Positions 9,652 through 19,173 of a stretch of 64,000 nt of DNA are shown here, one piece after another (position 1 is the first letter of the stretch; the number at the start of each line of letters is the position of its first letter). The notes under the pieces were generated by a model. The model was not told the DNA's origin. It saw only the letters and a list, made by a program, of their open reading frames with translations, and did not search any database. Where the stretch lies: positions 160,001 through 224,000 of the forward strand of contig CBDDDG010000022.1 of assembly GCA_965226555.1 (NCBI GenBank). Direction: 5' to 3'. A program made the translations under genes and the position numbers. This DNA comes from Salinispira sp. (lineage in GTDB: Bacteria; Spirochaetota; Spirochaetia; DSM-27196; Salinispiraceae).

Positions 9652-10550
9652 TGACCAGTACGTATGATATTCTAAAAGAGCACCATGGAAAAACGTATGA
9701 TGAACTCAGGCAAAAATACTTGCGTGCGTTCGCAAAACATACAAAGAGAAATGTCATTGTTTATTATTCCGGCTGGCTCCAGAAACCTAATGCGCCTGAT
9801 AGTGAAGTGAATGATAGTGATAAAAACAGATTCATGGCAGTTATTCATGGGCTGGAGAGAGACAAAGGACTTGATCTTTTTCTTCATACACCGGGCGGGG
9901 ACATAGCGGCTACTGAATCACTCATTGATTATCTCAGAGCAATGTTTGATGATGATATTCGTGTGTTCATTCCTCAACTTGCCATGTCAGCCGGTACCAT
10001 GATCGCGTGCGCCGCAAAGGTTATTTTTATGGGGAAGCACTCAAGCCTTGGTCCGATAGATCCGCAACTAAAAGGCGGCATGCCAGCTCATGGAATTATT
10101 GAAGAATTTAACACCGCTTATGAAGAAATTAAAAAAGATCAAGCAAAAATTCCCGTTTGGCAACCCATACTTGCAAAGTATCCGCCTACCCTCATTGGTG
10201 AATGCGAAAAAGCGATTACGTGGTCAAATACTATAGTGGGAGATTGCTTAAAAACCGGTATGTTCCGAAATATGAAGGACAAAGAATCCAGAGATGAAAA
10301 AATAGACGAAATTTTAAATAAACTTGGAGATCATGCATTAACATTGTCTCACAGCAGACATCTTTCTGCGTCTACATGCAAAGCAATGGGCTTGGAAATA
10401 GAAATGCTGGAAGATGATCATAGCCTTCAAGAAAAAGTTCTTTCTGTGCATCATGTTTGTATGCATAATTTATCATCCACAACTGTATGCAAATTAATTG
10501 CAAACCATAAAGGAAAAGCAGTTATCCAGCGGCTGCTAATGCCCTCATGA
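9651..10550 (+). CDS. SDH_sah/S49 (ClpP-like) serine protease
   Basis: LDLFLHTPGGD, QLAMSAGTMIAC, SSLGPIDPQ and SHSRH motifs. Confidence 0.85.
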   Translation: MTSTYDILKEHHGKTYDELRQKYLRAFAKHTKRNVIVYYSGWLQKPNAPDSEVNDSDKNRFMAVIHGLERDKGLDLFLHTPGGDIAATESLIDYLRAMFDDDIRVFIPQLAMSAGTMIACAAKVIFMGKHSSLGPIDPQLKGGMPAHGIIEEFNTAYEEIKKDQAKIPVWQPILAKYPPTLIGECEKAITWSNTIVGDCLKTGMFRNMKDKESRDEKIDEILNKLGDHALTLSHSRHLSASTCKAMGLEIEMLEDDHSLQEKVLSVHHVCMHNLSSTTVCKLIANHKGKAVIQRLLMPS

Positions 10551-11446
10551 ATAAGCACATGAAAAACCCTGTTCTCCGAATAGTCCTCCGAATAATCGGG
10601 CTGCTCACGCTGGCGCTGCTGCTGTTTGTGGCAGCCGTCATTGTAACAGGACTAATCGATGCCTTCGCGGGCGTCGGGTCGCGTGAGTTTTATTCCCCCG
10701 ATGTCACCTTTGCTCGTTTTTACCCGCCCGGCGTTTCGGCGCAGGGCGCTGCGACAGAACAGGGCGCGCCGACACAGCAGCGCGCCGCGCCGACACAGCA
10801 GCGCGCCGCCCCGGCAGAGCGGTATCCGGCAGTACTGCTCATTCATGAATGGTGGGGGCTGAATGCCGAACATCTGGAGAAGGCGCGGGCGCTGGCGCAG
10901 GAGGGCTATGTTGTCTATGCGCCCGATGCTCACGGCGGACGTTTGGCGGAAACTGTTCCGGGCGGCATCATGCTTATGATGACCCGTCGGGACGCCGAGA
11001 TATTTGCTGACATTGATGCGGCGTATCAGGCAATGCTCAATGATCCAGCGGTTGACAGTACTCGTACCGCAGTGGCGGGTTTCTGCTTTGGCGGGAGGCA
11101 GGCAATGTACTTCGGGGTGCGCAACAGCATGCCCGCGGCAACAGCCGCCTTTTACGGCAGCGGTCTCATTACTGACCCGGCAGACATGGGCTTCCTTGGA
11201 GAGGGCGGGCCGGTGCTCGGCATTTTTGGAGAGGAGGATAGTTCCATTCCTCTGGAAGAGGTTGAGCTGTTCAGGGCAGCGCTTGAGAGCCGGGGAGCCG
11301 ATTATCGGCAATATATTTATGGAGATGTCGGCCATGCCTTTGTAAAGGCCGACAATCTGTATACACCGGGGCCATGGTCGGAGGCATGGCAGGAGTTTCT
11401 GCGCTTTCTTTCAGAGACCCTCGCCCCGCCGCCATCCACACCCTGA
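10547..11446 (+). CDS. membrane-anchored dienelactone hydrolase family protein
   Basis: IHEWWGLN, GFCFGG nucleophile, FGEED, GHAF; N-terminal transmembrane helix. Confidence 0.9.
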   Translation: MNKHMKNPVLRIVLRIIGLLTLALLLFVAAVIVTGLIDAFAGVGSREFYSPDVTFARFYPPGVSAQGAATEQGAPTQQRAAPTQQRAAPAERYPAVLLIHEWWGLNAEHLEKARALAQEGYVVYAPDAHGGRLAETVPGGIMLMMTRRDAEIFADIDAAYQAMLNDPAVDSTRTAVAGFCFGGRQAMYFGVRNSMPAATAAFYGSGLITDPADMGFLGEGGPVLGIFGEEDSSIPLEEVELFRAALESRGADYRQYIYGDVGHAFVKADNLYTPGPWSEAWQEFLRFLSETLAPPPSTP

Positions 11447-11545
11447 CTATCCGGCAGGGTTTCATCGCCATCATCATTCTCATTGCATCGCCATCATCAT
11501 TCTGATCGGCTTGACTTTCGGGCATGGTTGCGGTATTTTCGGAGC

Positions 11546-13846
11546 ATGAAAAAGCGTTTAATTACCAGTGCCCTTCCTTATGTCAACAATATACCGCATC
11601 TTGGTAATCTGATTCAGGTTCTGTCGGCGGATGTTTTTGCCCGATTTTGCCGGCTCCGATCCTATGAAACCCTGTATGTCTGCGGTTCCGATGAATACGG
11701 TACTGCGACAGAAACGCGGGCGCGGGAAGAGGGGCTAAGCCCCCGGGAGCTTTGCGACCGTAATCATCAAATTCATAAAGATATTTACAGCTGGTTCAAT
11801 ATCAATTTCGATTATTACGGCCGCACCGCAACAGAATTTCAAACCCGCATAGTTCAGGATATTTTCCTCAGGGTCAAAGAAGCCGGTTACATTACGCAAC
11901 GCACAATAAAACAGCTATACTCCGAAAAAAGCGGCATGTTCCTTGCCGACCGTTATGTGAAGGGCGAGTGTCCGCATTGTCATTATGATGATGCCCGAGG
12001 CGATCAGTGTGAGAACTGCGGCAAACTCCTCGATCCTGAGCAGCTCATTAATCCTCTGAGTATTGTCGATAATTCAACTCCCATCCTCAGGGAAACAACA
12101 CATTTTTATATCAATCTGCCGAAAATTCTCCCCCTTCTGGAGAAATGGCTCTCTCAGACTGCCGAAAAGGGACGCTGGGCGAGAAATGCCGTCAATATGA
12201 CGCGCGCCTGGATCCGCGACGGCCTGAAGGAGCGGGCAATTACCCGTGACCTGAAATGGGGCATTCCGCTTCCCCTTGAGGGTTTTGAAGATAAGGTCTT
12301 CTATGTGTGGTTCGATGCTCCCATCGGCTACATCTCCATAAGCGCCGATTATGCAGCGCAGCGCGGAGAACCTGAATTGTGGAAAAAATGGTGGCAGAAT
12401 CCTGATGAAGTGGAACTTTTTCAGTTTATCGGCAAGGATAACATTCCCTTTCATACCGTTATTTTTCCATCCACACTGCTGACCGATGGCCGTTCATGGA
12501 CCATGCTCCACCATATGAGCAGCACAGAATATATGAATTACGAAGAGGGCAAATTTTCCAAGAGTAAGGGAGTGGGGGTGTTCGGCAACGATGCCCGAGA
12601 AACCGGTATTCCTGCCGATGTCTGGCGTTTCTCCATATTTTATAACAGGCCTGAAACCGGCGATTATATGTTCACCTGGAAGGATTTTCAGGAAGCAACA
12701 AACAAGGAGCTCATTGGGAATCTTGCGAATCTGGTAAACAGAACACTGCGCTTCAGTCTTCGTTTTTTTGAAGGCAGGGTAGCGCTGCCCACTATGAATG
12801 ACCCGAATACCGAGGTGTTCTGGAAGGAAGTTCGGCGCCGGGAGGCTGAAATTACCGCCTGTTTGGAGTGGGCGGAGCTCAAGGATGCCCTCCGTAAAAT
12901 TCTTGCCCTGGCCGATTACGGCAACAAGGTTTTTCAGGAATCGGAGCCATGGAAATTGCGCAACAGCGATCCTGAAGAAGCCCAGCACCTGCTTTCGAAC
13001 CTCATCTACCTCATACGCGATATTGCCATTCTCGTACAGCCCTACATTCCAGAAACGGCTGCCCGAATCGCCTCCTTTCTGGGGGCTGACATTGGACGCT
13101 GGGACTATCTCGCCTCCTTCAATGATGATCTGGGCATCAGGAATCCGGAAATTCTCTTTCAGAATTTGGATGATGATCTCATTGACGCGATGCGCGCCCG
13201 CTTTTCCGGCAATCAGTCCGAGCGGAGCGATCAGGGAGCGCAGGCAGGGCGCGCTCAGGCAGGGCAGGCTGCCGCTGAAAAACCGGTGAAGAAAACATTA
13301 TCGAAGCGGGAGCGCATTCGGGAGGAAGATGCTGATATGAGCCTTCCCGAACGTTTCGCGAAGCGTGTTGAACTGCGGGTTGCGAAAATTACTGCCGTTG
13401 AGCGGCATCCTAATGCAGAAAAACTCTATGTTGCGACCCTCAATGATGGACGGGATGAACCCCGTACAATCGTATCGGGTCTTGTTCCGAATTATCGGGA
13501 AAGTGAACTGCTGAACCGCAATATCGTGCTTGTCGCGAATCTCAAGGCCGCAAAGTTCAGGGGACTGCGATCCAATGGCATGCTTCTTGCTGTCAGCAAA
13601 GATGAAACTATTGATGTTATTTTCGCAGATCATGCGCAGCCCGGCGATCGGGTTCTGCCGTCCAATGATGAATCGTCCAAAGAAGCAGCAGATGAAATGG
13701 CAGAAAGAGATACCATTGATATTGATACCTTTTTCGACATGCCCCTGCGCGCGGAGAACTACCGAATTATGGTCGGCAATGTGCCCTTGAAGGCTGCAGG
13801 GAAGCTCCTGTGTTCAGAAAAGATCGCCGATGGACAGGTCGGATAA
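11546..13846 (+). CDS. metG: methionine--tRNA ligase with C-terminal tRNA-binding domain
   Basis: ITSALPYVNNIPHLGN (HIGH), Zn knuckle, YVWFDAPIGY, KFSKS, and C-terminal OB domain ERHPNAEKL. Confidence 0.97.
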   Translation: MKKRLITSALPYVNNIPHLGNLIQVLSADVFARFCRLRSYETLYVCGSDEYGTATETRAREEGLSPRELCDRNHQIHKDIYSWFNINFDYYGRTATEFQTRIVQDIFLRVKEAGYITQRTIKQLYSEKSGMFLADRYVKGECPHCHYDDARGDQCENCGKLLDPEQLINPLSIVDNSTPILRETTHFYINLPKILPLLEKWLSQTAEKGRWARNAVNMTRAWIRDGLKERAITRDLKWGIPLPLEGFEDKVFYVWFDAPIGYISISADYAAQRGEPELWKKWWQNPDEVELFQFIGKDNIPFHTVIFPSTLLTDGRSWTMLHHMSSTEYMNYEEGKFSKSKGVGVFGNDARETGIPADVWRFSIFYNRPETGDYMFTWKDFQEATNKELIGNLANLVNRTLRFSLRFFEGRVALPTMNDPNTEVFWKEVRRREAEITACLEWAELKDALRKILALADYGNKVFQESEPWKLRNSDPEEAQHLLSNLIYLIRDIAILVQPYIPETAARIASFLGADIGRWDYLASFNDDLGIRNPEILFQNLDDDLIDAMRARFSGNQSERSDQGAQAGRAQAGQAAAEKPVKKTLSKRERIREEDADMSLPERFAKRVELRVAKITAVERHPNAEKLYVATLNDGRDEPRTIVSGLVPNYRESELLNRNIVLVANLKAAKFRGLRSNGMLLAVSKDETIDVIFADHAQPGDRVLPSNDESSKEAADEMAERDTIDIDTFFDMPLRAENYRIMVGNVPLKAAGKLLCSEKIADGQVG

Positions 13847-14960
13847 TATCGGAAGGTCAGATAGGATCGTGGATGCCTGCGATTTTGAGGTTTCTGAAAG
13901 CGATCTTGAGGCTCTGGAAGATGCCGATGCCTTTCTTCAAAGCGCGGACTGGGCACGGCAGAAAGCCCGCTTTGGCTGGACTCCCCGCGTCTTCGTTGTC
14001 GGACTGCCTGCGCAGGGCGCGCTGCCGAAGTTCCCGATTCTGGTGTTGCTGCGCAGGATCGGTATATTCCACATTGCCTACATACCTCATGCGCCCTCTC
14101 TTGAGCATACTATTCAGAGCCGGTTAGGCCCTCCGCATTTTCTGGAATGCCTTGGAAAAAAACTCAGTTTCAGTGTGCCCGAACTCACCTTTATCCGCTT
14201 CGATTTAAACTGGGATATCAGAAAATGCGCCGGTTCGGAACTGAAGCAATCGCATCTGAAAAAATCTCCGGTATCCATTCAGCCGCCCGATACCGTTATT
14301 CTTCCCATTTCGGCGGCGCGCTTCAGCGAAGATGACCTGCTCGGGCGCATGAAATCCAAGACCCGCTACAACATCCGCTTAGCGGCGCGGAAGGGCGTCA
14401 TTGTCCGGCGGACAGAACGCCGTCATTATGAAGTTCCGCCCGAATTAGAGGCATGGTACGCTCTCTACAAAATTACCGAAAAGCGAAACCGCATTTCACT
14501 CCATTCCTTTGCGTACTATGCGCATCTCTTCTCGCTCATGAAAGATGAGGAATGCCGATTGTATCTGGCGCGGCACGATAACGATCTTCTGGCCGGTATT
14601 ATCGTTATCCGCTACAGGAAGCAGGGATACTATCTGTACGGCGCAAGTTCAGATAGTAAACGGAATTTCATGCCTGCCTACGCCCTTCAGTGGCAGGCCA
14701 TCTGCGATCTGCGGAGCGAGGGTGTGGAGTGTTACGATTTTTTCGGCATTCCCGCGCAGGCCGAAGTCGGGCATCCCATGTTCGGGCTCCATCAGTTCAA
14801 AACAGGCTTTGGCGGCGACATTGTCCATTATCCCGGAACCTGGGATATCCCCTGTAAGCATATCCTGTATTTTCTGTATACAGTAATGGAAAGAGCCCGC
14901 GCAGCTGTGAACGGGCTTATCAAAAAACGGTCGGTTCTTAATCTTTCCAAGGGAAAATGA
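13830..14960 (+). CDS. FemAB/FemX-family lipid II aminoacyltransferase
   Basis: FLQSADWA, MKSKTRYNIRLAARKGV, YLYGASS, YDFFGI, GLHQFKTGFGG. Confidence 0.9.
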   Translation: MDRSDNIGRSDRIVDACDFEVSESDLEALEDADAFLQSADWARQKARFGWTPRVFVVGLPAQGALPKFPILVLLRRIGIFHIAYIPHAPSLEHTIQSRLGPPHFLECLGKKLSFSVPELTFIRFDLNWDIRKCAGSELKQSHLKKSPVSIQPPDTVILPISAARFSEDDLLGRMKSKTRYNIRLAARKGVIVRRTERRHYEVPPELEAWYALYKITEKRNRISLHSFAYYAHLFSLMKDEECRLYLARHDNDLLAGIIVIRYRKQGYYLYGASSDSKRNFMPAYALQWQAICDLRSEGVECYDFFGIPAQAEVGHPMFGLHQFKTGFGGDIVHYPGTWDIPCKHILYFLYTVMERARAAVNGLIKKRSVLNLSKGK

Positions 14961-15714
14961 TCCCCTTCAGGCTGCGGGAACCAACGCGCTGGCTGTCTTC
15001 GTATATGAGCGACTGCCACGGGATGCGGCGGCGTGAAGCTCCGGGGTTTTCTTCCAGATAATCATATTTATATAGCCGGAGTTTACAGGCGACCTGTCCA
15101 AAGAGGATTACCCCTGCCGGACCGAAGAGCAGAAAGGCAGTAAATCCTGAAAGAATAAGCATAATGACTGAGCACAGAAATGTGGAGATGGTAAAGAGGG
15201 GGTTATCAAGAAAAATAATAAACATTTTGCGCAGAATTTTCCCCGGCCGCTTATCTAATTGCGCCGCTATGGGAAAGTAGTACTGCATTGCGAGGGTAAG
15301 TAGTATGAGTGTCCAGAACATACATATAAAGGCGATTATCCCGAAGATATTGTCCACAGCTCCGTAAAAGGGCAGCACAACCAATGCAAGGAAGAATATG
15401 AGCGCCCACAGGCCTGCGTAAAGCAGTCCATACGGCAGACCCGCCCGAAGAAAGGTAAAAAACTGCCGCGGTTCAGGTGTTCGGTATTGGACAATTTCGT
15501 TGATGTATAATGATGCTGCCGATGTAAGGATTCCCAGCCAGAGAATTCCCGCAATGAGTATGATGAGTGAAACAGGAATGCTGGCCGATATTGTCCATGC
15601 GGGAATGCCGATGGGAATGAGAAGTGAAAAAATAAAGACAATATTGATAATGGTACAATGGAAAAAATGATCCCAGTAATCGAAAAACCATTTTTTGATC
15701 ATAAATGCGAACAT
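14938..15714 (-). CDS. multi-pass membrane protein of unknown function
   Basis: About six hydrophobic helices; clean 258 aa ORF. Confidence 0.75.
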   Translation of the reverse strand: MFAFMIKKWFFDYWDHFFHCTIINIVFIFSLLIPIGIPAWTISASIPVSLIILIAGILWLGILTSAASLYINEIVQYRTPEPRQFFTFLRAGLPYGLLYAGLWALIFFLALVVLPFYGAVDNIFGIIAFICMFWTLILLTLAMQYYFPIAAQLDKRPGKILRKMFIIFLDNPLFTISTFLCSVIMLILSGFTAFLLFGPAGVILFGQVACKLRLYKYDYLEENPGASRRRIPWQSLIYEDSQRVGSRSLKGIIFPWKD

Positions 15715-15786
15715 GCTGGTATGATACCAGAACGTTTTACGTTATGCAAAAGGTTCTCCTATCAGCATTGGCAGGCTGCGCGAGGG

Positions 15787-16148
15787 TCAGGGACGCGGGC
15801 GCGCCTGAGTGGCTAAGTCGTAAGCAAGGATTTTTCCAGAACCGCCCACCCACATTGTTGTTCCATCCGAAAAGATATCGGTAATTTTCTCATTCGCGGC
15901 GGCAAGAACAAGGAAATCGTCTCTGTAATTATCTTGGGAATTATATCCGCGCGCGTTATATCCGTACAGGTCATATTGACCTCCGGTATCCCGATGAATG
16001 CCGGCGTCATTAAATCCTCTTGCATCATACATTTCGCAGGCGGTGAGTATGAGTATGAGGGAAAAAATGAAAAGGAGGCCCCGCAGCTTCGGGCTTCGAA
16101 AATGGTTCCTGCGGTTTAGGCTATGTTCGGGGGGGGGGGGATCATCAT
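15787..16148 (-). pseudogene. short, internally deleted paralogue of the 5327-6775 lipoprotein, out of frame at a C12 tract after the start codon
   Basis: ATG ATG AT C12 GAA... then LRGLLFIFSLILILTA-C EMYDARG...; near-identical DNA to 6000-6130 joined directly to 5360-5420. Confidence 0.75.
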
Positions 16149-16164
16149 ATAATTACATCCTTAT

Positions 16165-16193
16165 AGAAAACTTTGCATTTTGCAAAACTTTCT
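16165..16193. repeat. copy of the dispersed 29 bp palindrome, flanked by TAT direct repeats
   Basis: tat-AGAAAACTTTGCATTTTGCAAAACTTTCT-tat. Confidence 0.75.
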
Positions 16194-16391
16194 TATAGAA
16201 AACTTTCTTATATCTATACTAATGCAAAGAATTGATAATTGCAAACATATTTCCGCAATATCGGCAAATTCTCCTGAATTCCATAAAAATTCGCTCATAT
16301 CAGCGCCCTGAGCAACCATCACCATCACCATCAGCATCCATCAGCGCCAGCATCCATCAGCGATCCGAGCAAGCATCTCTCAGCGCCAGCG

Positions 16392-17750
16392 CTACTGCCC
16401 TTCATGCGTCCAGAGTCCGAGGGCGGGGTCTTGTATGAAAAAGAACTCTTTGCCGTCCCTGTCATAATGCCGACCCTGCTCCCGATGTTCGGGGTCAAAG
16501 CGGGTCATTGCCTCCGCCGGATCGAGGAAGGTGTAGGATGCCGATTCAATTTCGGTTCTGCTGAGATGTCCCGGGGCGTAGGTTATGGAGAAGCGCCCTT
16601 CGCTTGAGCCGTGAATGAGATGCGCTGCCGCGCTCAGGTTGTTGCGCAATTCCTCATGCTGATGCAGCGCTTCGAGAATGCCGTCTTGTCCCCGGTATCC
16701 GAAGCGCCGGATGAGGGCGTCAATGTCTCTGTCTTCTCCGAAGTTCCGCAGGCCCGGCGCTATGATGATGAGCTCGCCCCCGGCGCGCATTGCCATTCGT
16801 GTGCGGTAGATCGCCTTGTTGCCGATCCATGTGCTGCGGTATTTTCGGGGGTCAAGGTAGACAACGGCGCGTTCGAGGGGTTCCGGCAGGGTGCTGATAT
16901 TCACCTGTCGGCTGAGCTCGGCTGCGCGCTCAAAGCATTCGTATCCATCGCCAATAAACAAGCCGCGCAGACAGACAGGATCGCTCCGTCCATGAAGATC
17001 GCTCCCAATATCAGGATCGCTCCGTCCATGAAGATTGCTCCCTGCGTCAGGATTTTTCCGCTCGGCGGGGCCCAGCACGGTGAGCACGTAGATAATTGGC
17101 GGCAGCTTGTCTGCGAAGTGATCGCTTGCGTAGTTCAGCGCCCGCCGCACAGGGGTGTCAATGCGTCCCATAATGCTTTCCATGCCGCAGACGGCGCCGA
17201 GAAAATGCGAGCGGTGAATGATATCCGCTCCGCCGGTGCCGATGAATATGTTTTTGTTATGATTGGCGAATCCAACGATTTCATGGGGAACAACCTGTCC
17301 GATGGAGAAGATGAGATCGAAGCCGCCGTCAACAAGCATGCTGTTAATGTGAACCGGCCAGTCATAATTGAGCCGGTTTCCTGAAATTTCCCGGATGTAG
17401 TTTGCCGGAATTTTGCCGAGCTCATGCAGATCGTGTTTCCAGTGATGTTCCCTGAATAAATTGTGATCAAGCCCGGGGTACATTGTGTGTATTTCATGCG
17501 GCGTCATGGGGGTGTGGGTGCCGAGGGCAGGGAGAATGGCGGTTAGTTTGTCGGCAAGCAGCGAGCGCAGGGCACGGGTGATGTCGCCGGCGCGGCTGTG
17601 CAGGCGGGTAATGTCGGGGGGGATGGCGAGCGCCCGCCGCGCCGATGCGCGCAGCCCGGTTTTGTTCAGGCAGGCGCTGAGTCCCTCAAAAATATCTTCT
17701 GTGCCGAGCGGCCGAGCGGGCGGCTGGCTGACGGCAGCGTAGTAGAGCAT
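16392..17750 (-). CDS. LarA-superfamily (lactate racemase domain, DUF2088) isomerase
   Basis: IPPDITR, ALGTH, HHWK, GQVVPHEIVGFANHNKN, STWIGNKAIYRTR, AAHLIHGSSEGRF; contains a 12 aa tandem duplication. Confidence 0.8.
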   Translation of the reverse strand: MLYYAAVSQPPARPLGTEDIFEGLSACLNKTGLRASARRALAIPPDITRLHSRAGDITRALRSLLADKLTAILPALGTHTPMTPHEIHTMYPGLDHNLFREHHWKHDLHELGKIPANYIREISGNRLNYDWPVHINSMLVDGGFDLIFSIGQVVPHEIVGFANHNKNIFIGTGGADIIHRSHFLGAVCGMESIMGRIDTPVRRALNYASDHFADKLPPIIYVLTVLGPAERKNPDAGSNLHGRSDPDIGSDLHGRSDPVCLRGLFIGDGYECFERAAELSRQVNISTLPEPLERAVVYLDPRKYRSTWIGNKAIYRTRMAMRAGGELIIIAPGLRNFGEDRDIDALIRRFGYRGQDGILEALHQHEELRNNLSAAAHLIHGSSEGRFSITYAPGHLSRTEIESASYTFLDPAEAMTRFDPEHREQGRHYDRDGKEFFFIQDPALGLWTHEGQ

Positions 17751-17823
17751 TGGTCATAGTATAGCCGGGCGGGGGCTGCGGCGCAATGGCAGCTGGAAGA
17801 CCGATACTTCAAGTATCGCATGG

Positions 17824-17852
17824 AGAAAGTTTTGCATTTTGCAAAACTTTCT
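17824..17852. repeat. perfect copy of the dispersed palindrome (13-3-13)
   Basis: AGAAAGTTTTGCA-TTT-TGCAAAACTTTCT. Confidence 0.85.
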
Positions 17853-17895
17853 AATAGGTTTACTAGAACATTGCAACCAGTTGCGGCAACCAGGC

Positions 17896-19173
17896 CTATA
17901 AAATGCCTTTAAGCATGTCTATTGTTCGTTTGGGGTTCAGGCAATCAAATGGCAGCAGGTGCAATTTTTCACCTTCATGCGTATAGCTGATTTCGCGCTG
18001 TTCTGAAAATTCGTCTGTGAGCGGATAAAATAGAATGCCTCTGTGTATGTCGGGAGAAAAGTAGCGGATGTATGCAAAAAGTTGATACAGATCATTCCGC
18101 TTTACACCGTAATATTTGGCGTTTGGCTTCATGATTTTCCATTTCGCGTCCGCTACAATTTCTCCGTCTGACCCATTAGTCAGCAGAAAGTCGGGACGGA
18201 ACTCAAAAGATTTTCCAAATTCTCCTGAAACAAAATAGACTCCGCGCTTCTGCGGTTTAACGGAAATGCCGTTTTCTTTCAGTTCAGATTCTATGAGCAG
18301 TTCAAACAATGTATCCATTGAATACAAAAAGGCCAGCGGAAAGGATTTTACACCCTTTCCTGTTCCAATAGCGGTTATATGCTGAGCTTTGATGATCATT
18401 GACACGATGGGAAACACCCTTCGGTAATGATGCAGTTCTCTCCCGCCATCACCCCCGCCCCTTCTGCGCCAGGTGTCAAAGTCGGTCCGGGGATTCTCGG
18501 AAGCGGAGATATTGTCAAAATGAAACAGCAGGTTTTCTGCCCGATTCCTCAACTCCTCTGCAAAGGCAAAGCGCGCTATTTGCCTCAGGCAATACCGCAG
18601 GAGCCGGTTTTCGGCCCTGTTGTATTCATATTCCTGAAATTGACAGTGAATCGGAACGGCGAGCGCCTGCGTGGCCTGCCGGGTAAAATTAATTTTTCCA
18701 CGGACGCGCAAAAGCGGTTCCGCGTATTCATGGTATTCCCGCGCCAACCCCTTCTTCACCAGCGCGCCGCACTCATCAAGAAAAAGCGCGTACAGGGCAT
18801 CGTGCGGATTTTTCCAATTCCGAACAGACAGCGCTGCGCCCTGCGTTTTCAGTACCCGTATTTTTGCCCTGAAATACAGATTCAGCATATCCCTGAGAAG
18901 GTGTTGCGCCTGTTCACGCGAACCAATTTTCGGAAGAATTTGAATTGAGAGTCCGGTGGGCAGAACAATATTTCCCACCTGATTTTTGACAATGCGAAAC
19001 GTTTTTTTATGTGGGTTATATTTACAAATTTCTTGAATTTCATCGCTCGCAGATATCCATTCGCAGAGCGCGTCAAAATCTTTTTGTCCCTCAGCATCAC
19101 TCCCGCGACAGGCACTGAAATCCTCAAGCGAAAAATCATTCCACTCACGAACGAACAAAATGCAATTTTTCAT
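17896..19173 (-). CDS. mcrC: McrC-family PD-(D/E)xK nuclease subunit
   Basis: IQILPKI, RVRGKI, ENRLL, MDTLFE, RPDFL...VADAKWK, DLYQLFAY, LFYP. Confidence 0.9.
   Translation of the reverse strand: MKNCILFVREWNDFSLEDFSACRGSDAEGQKDFDALCEWISASDEIQEICKYNPHKKTFRIVKNQVGNIVLPTGLSIQILPKIGSREQAQHLLRDMLNLYFRAKIRVLKTQGAALSVRNWKNPHDALYALFLDECGALVKKGLAREYHEYAEPLLRVRGKINFTRQATQALAVPIHCQFQEYEYNRAENRLLRYCLRQIARFAFAEELRNRAENLLFHFDNISASENPRTDFDTWRRRGGGDGGRELHHYRRVFPIVSMIIKAQHITAIGTGKGVKSFPLAFLYSMDTLFELLIESELKENGISVKPQKRGVYFVSGEFGKSFEFRPDFLLTNGSDGEIVADAKWKIMKPNAKYYGVKRNDLYQLFAYIRYFSPDIHRGILFYPLTDEFSEQREISYTHEGEKLHLLPFDCLNPKRTIDMLKGIL

Noticed and set aside
5327..16032. Diversity-generating retroelement template/variable repeat pair
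   Set aside because: No reverse transcriptase in the window, and differences between the copies are few and not adenine-specific.
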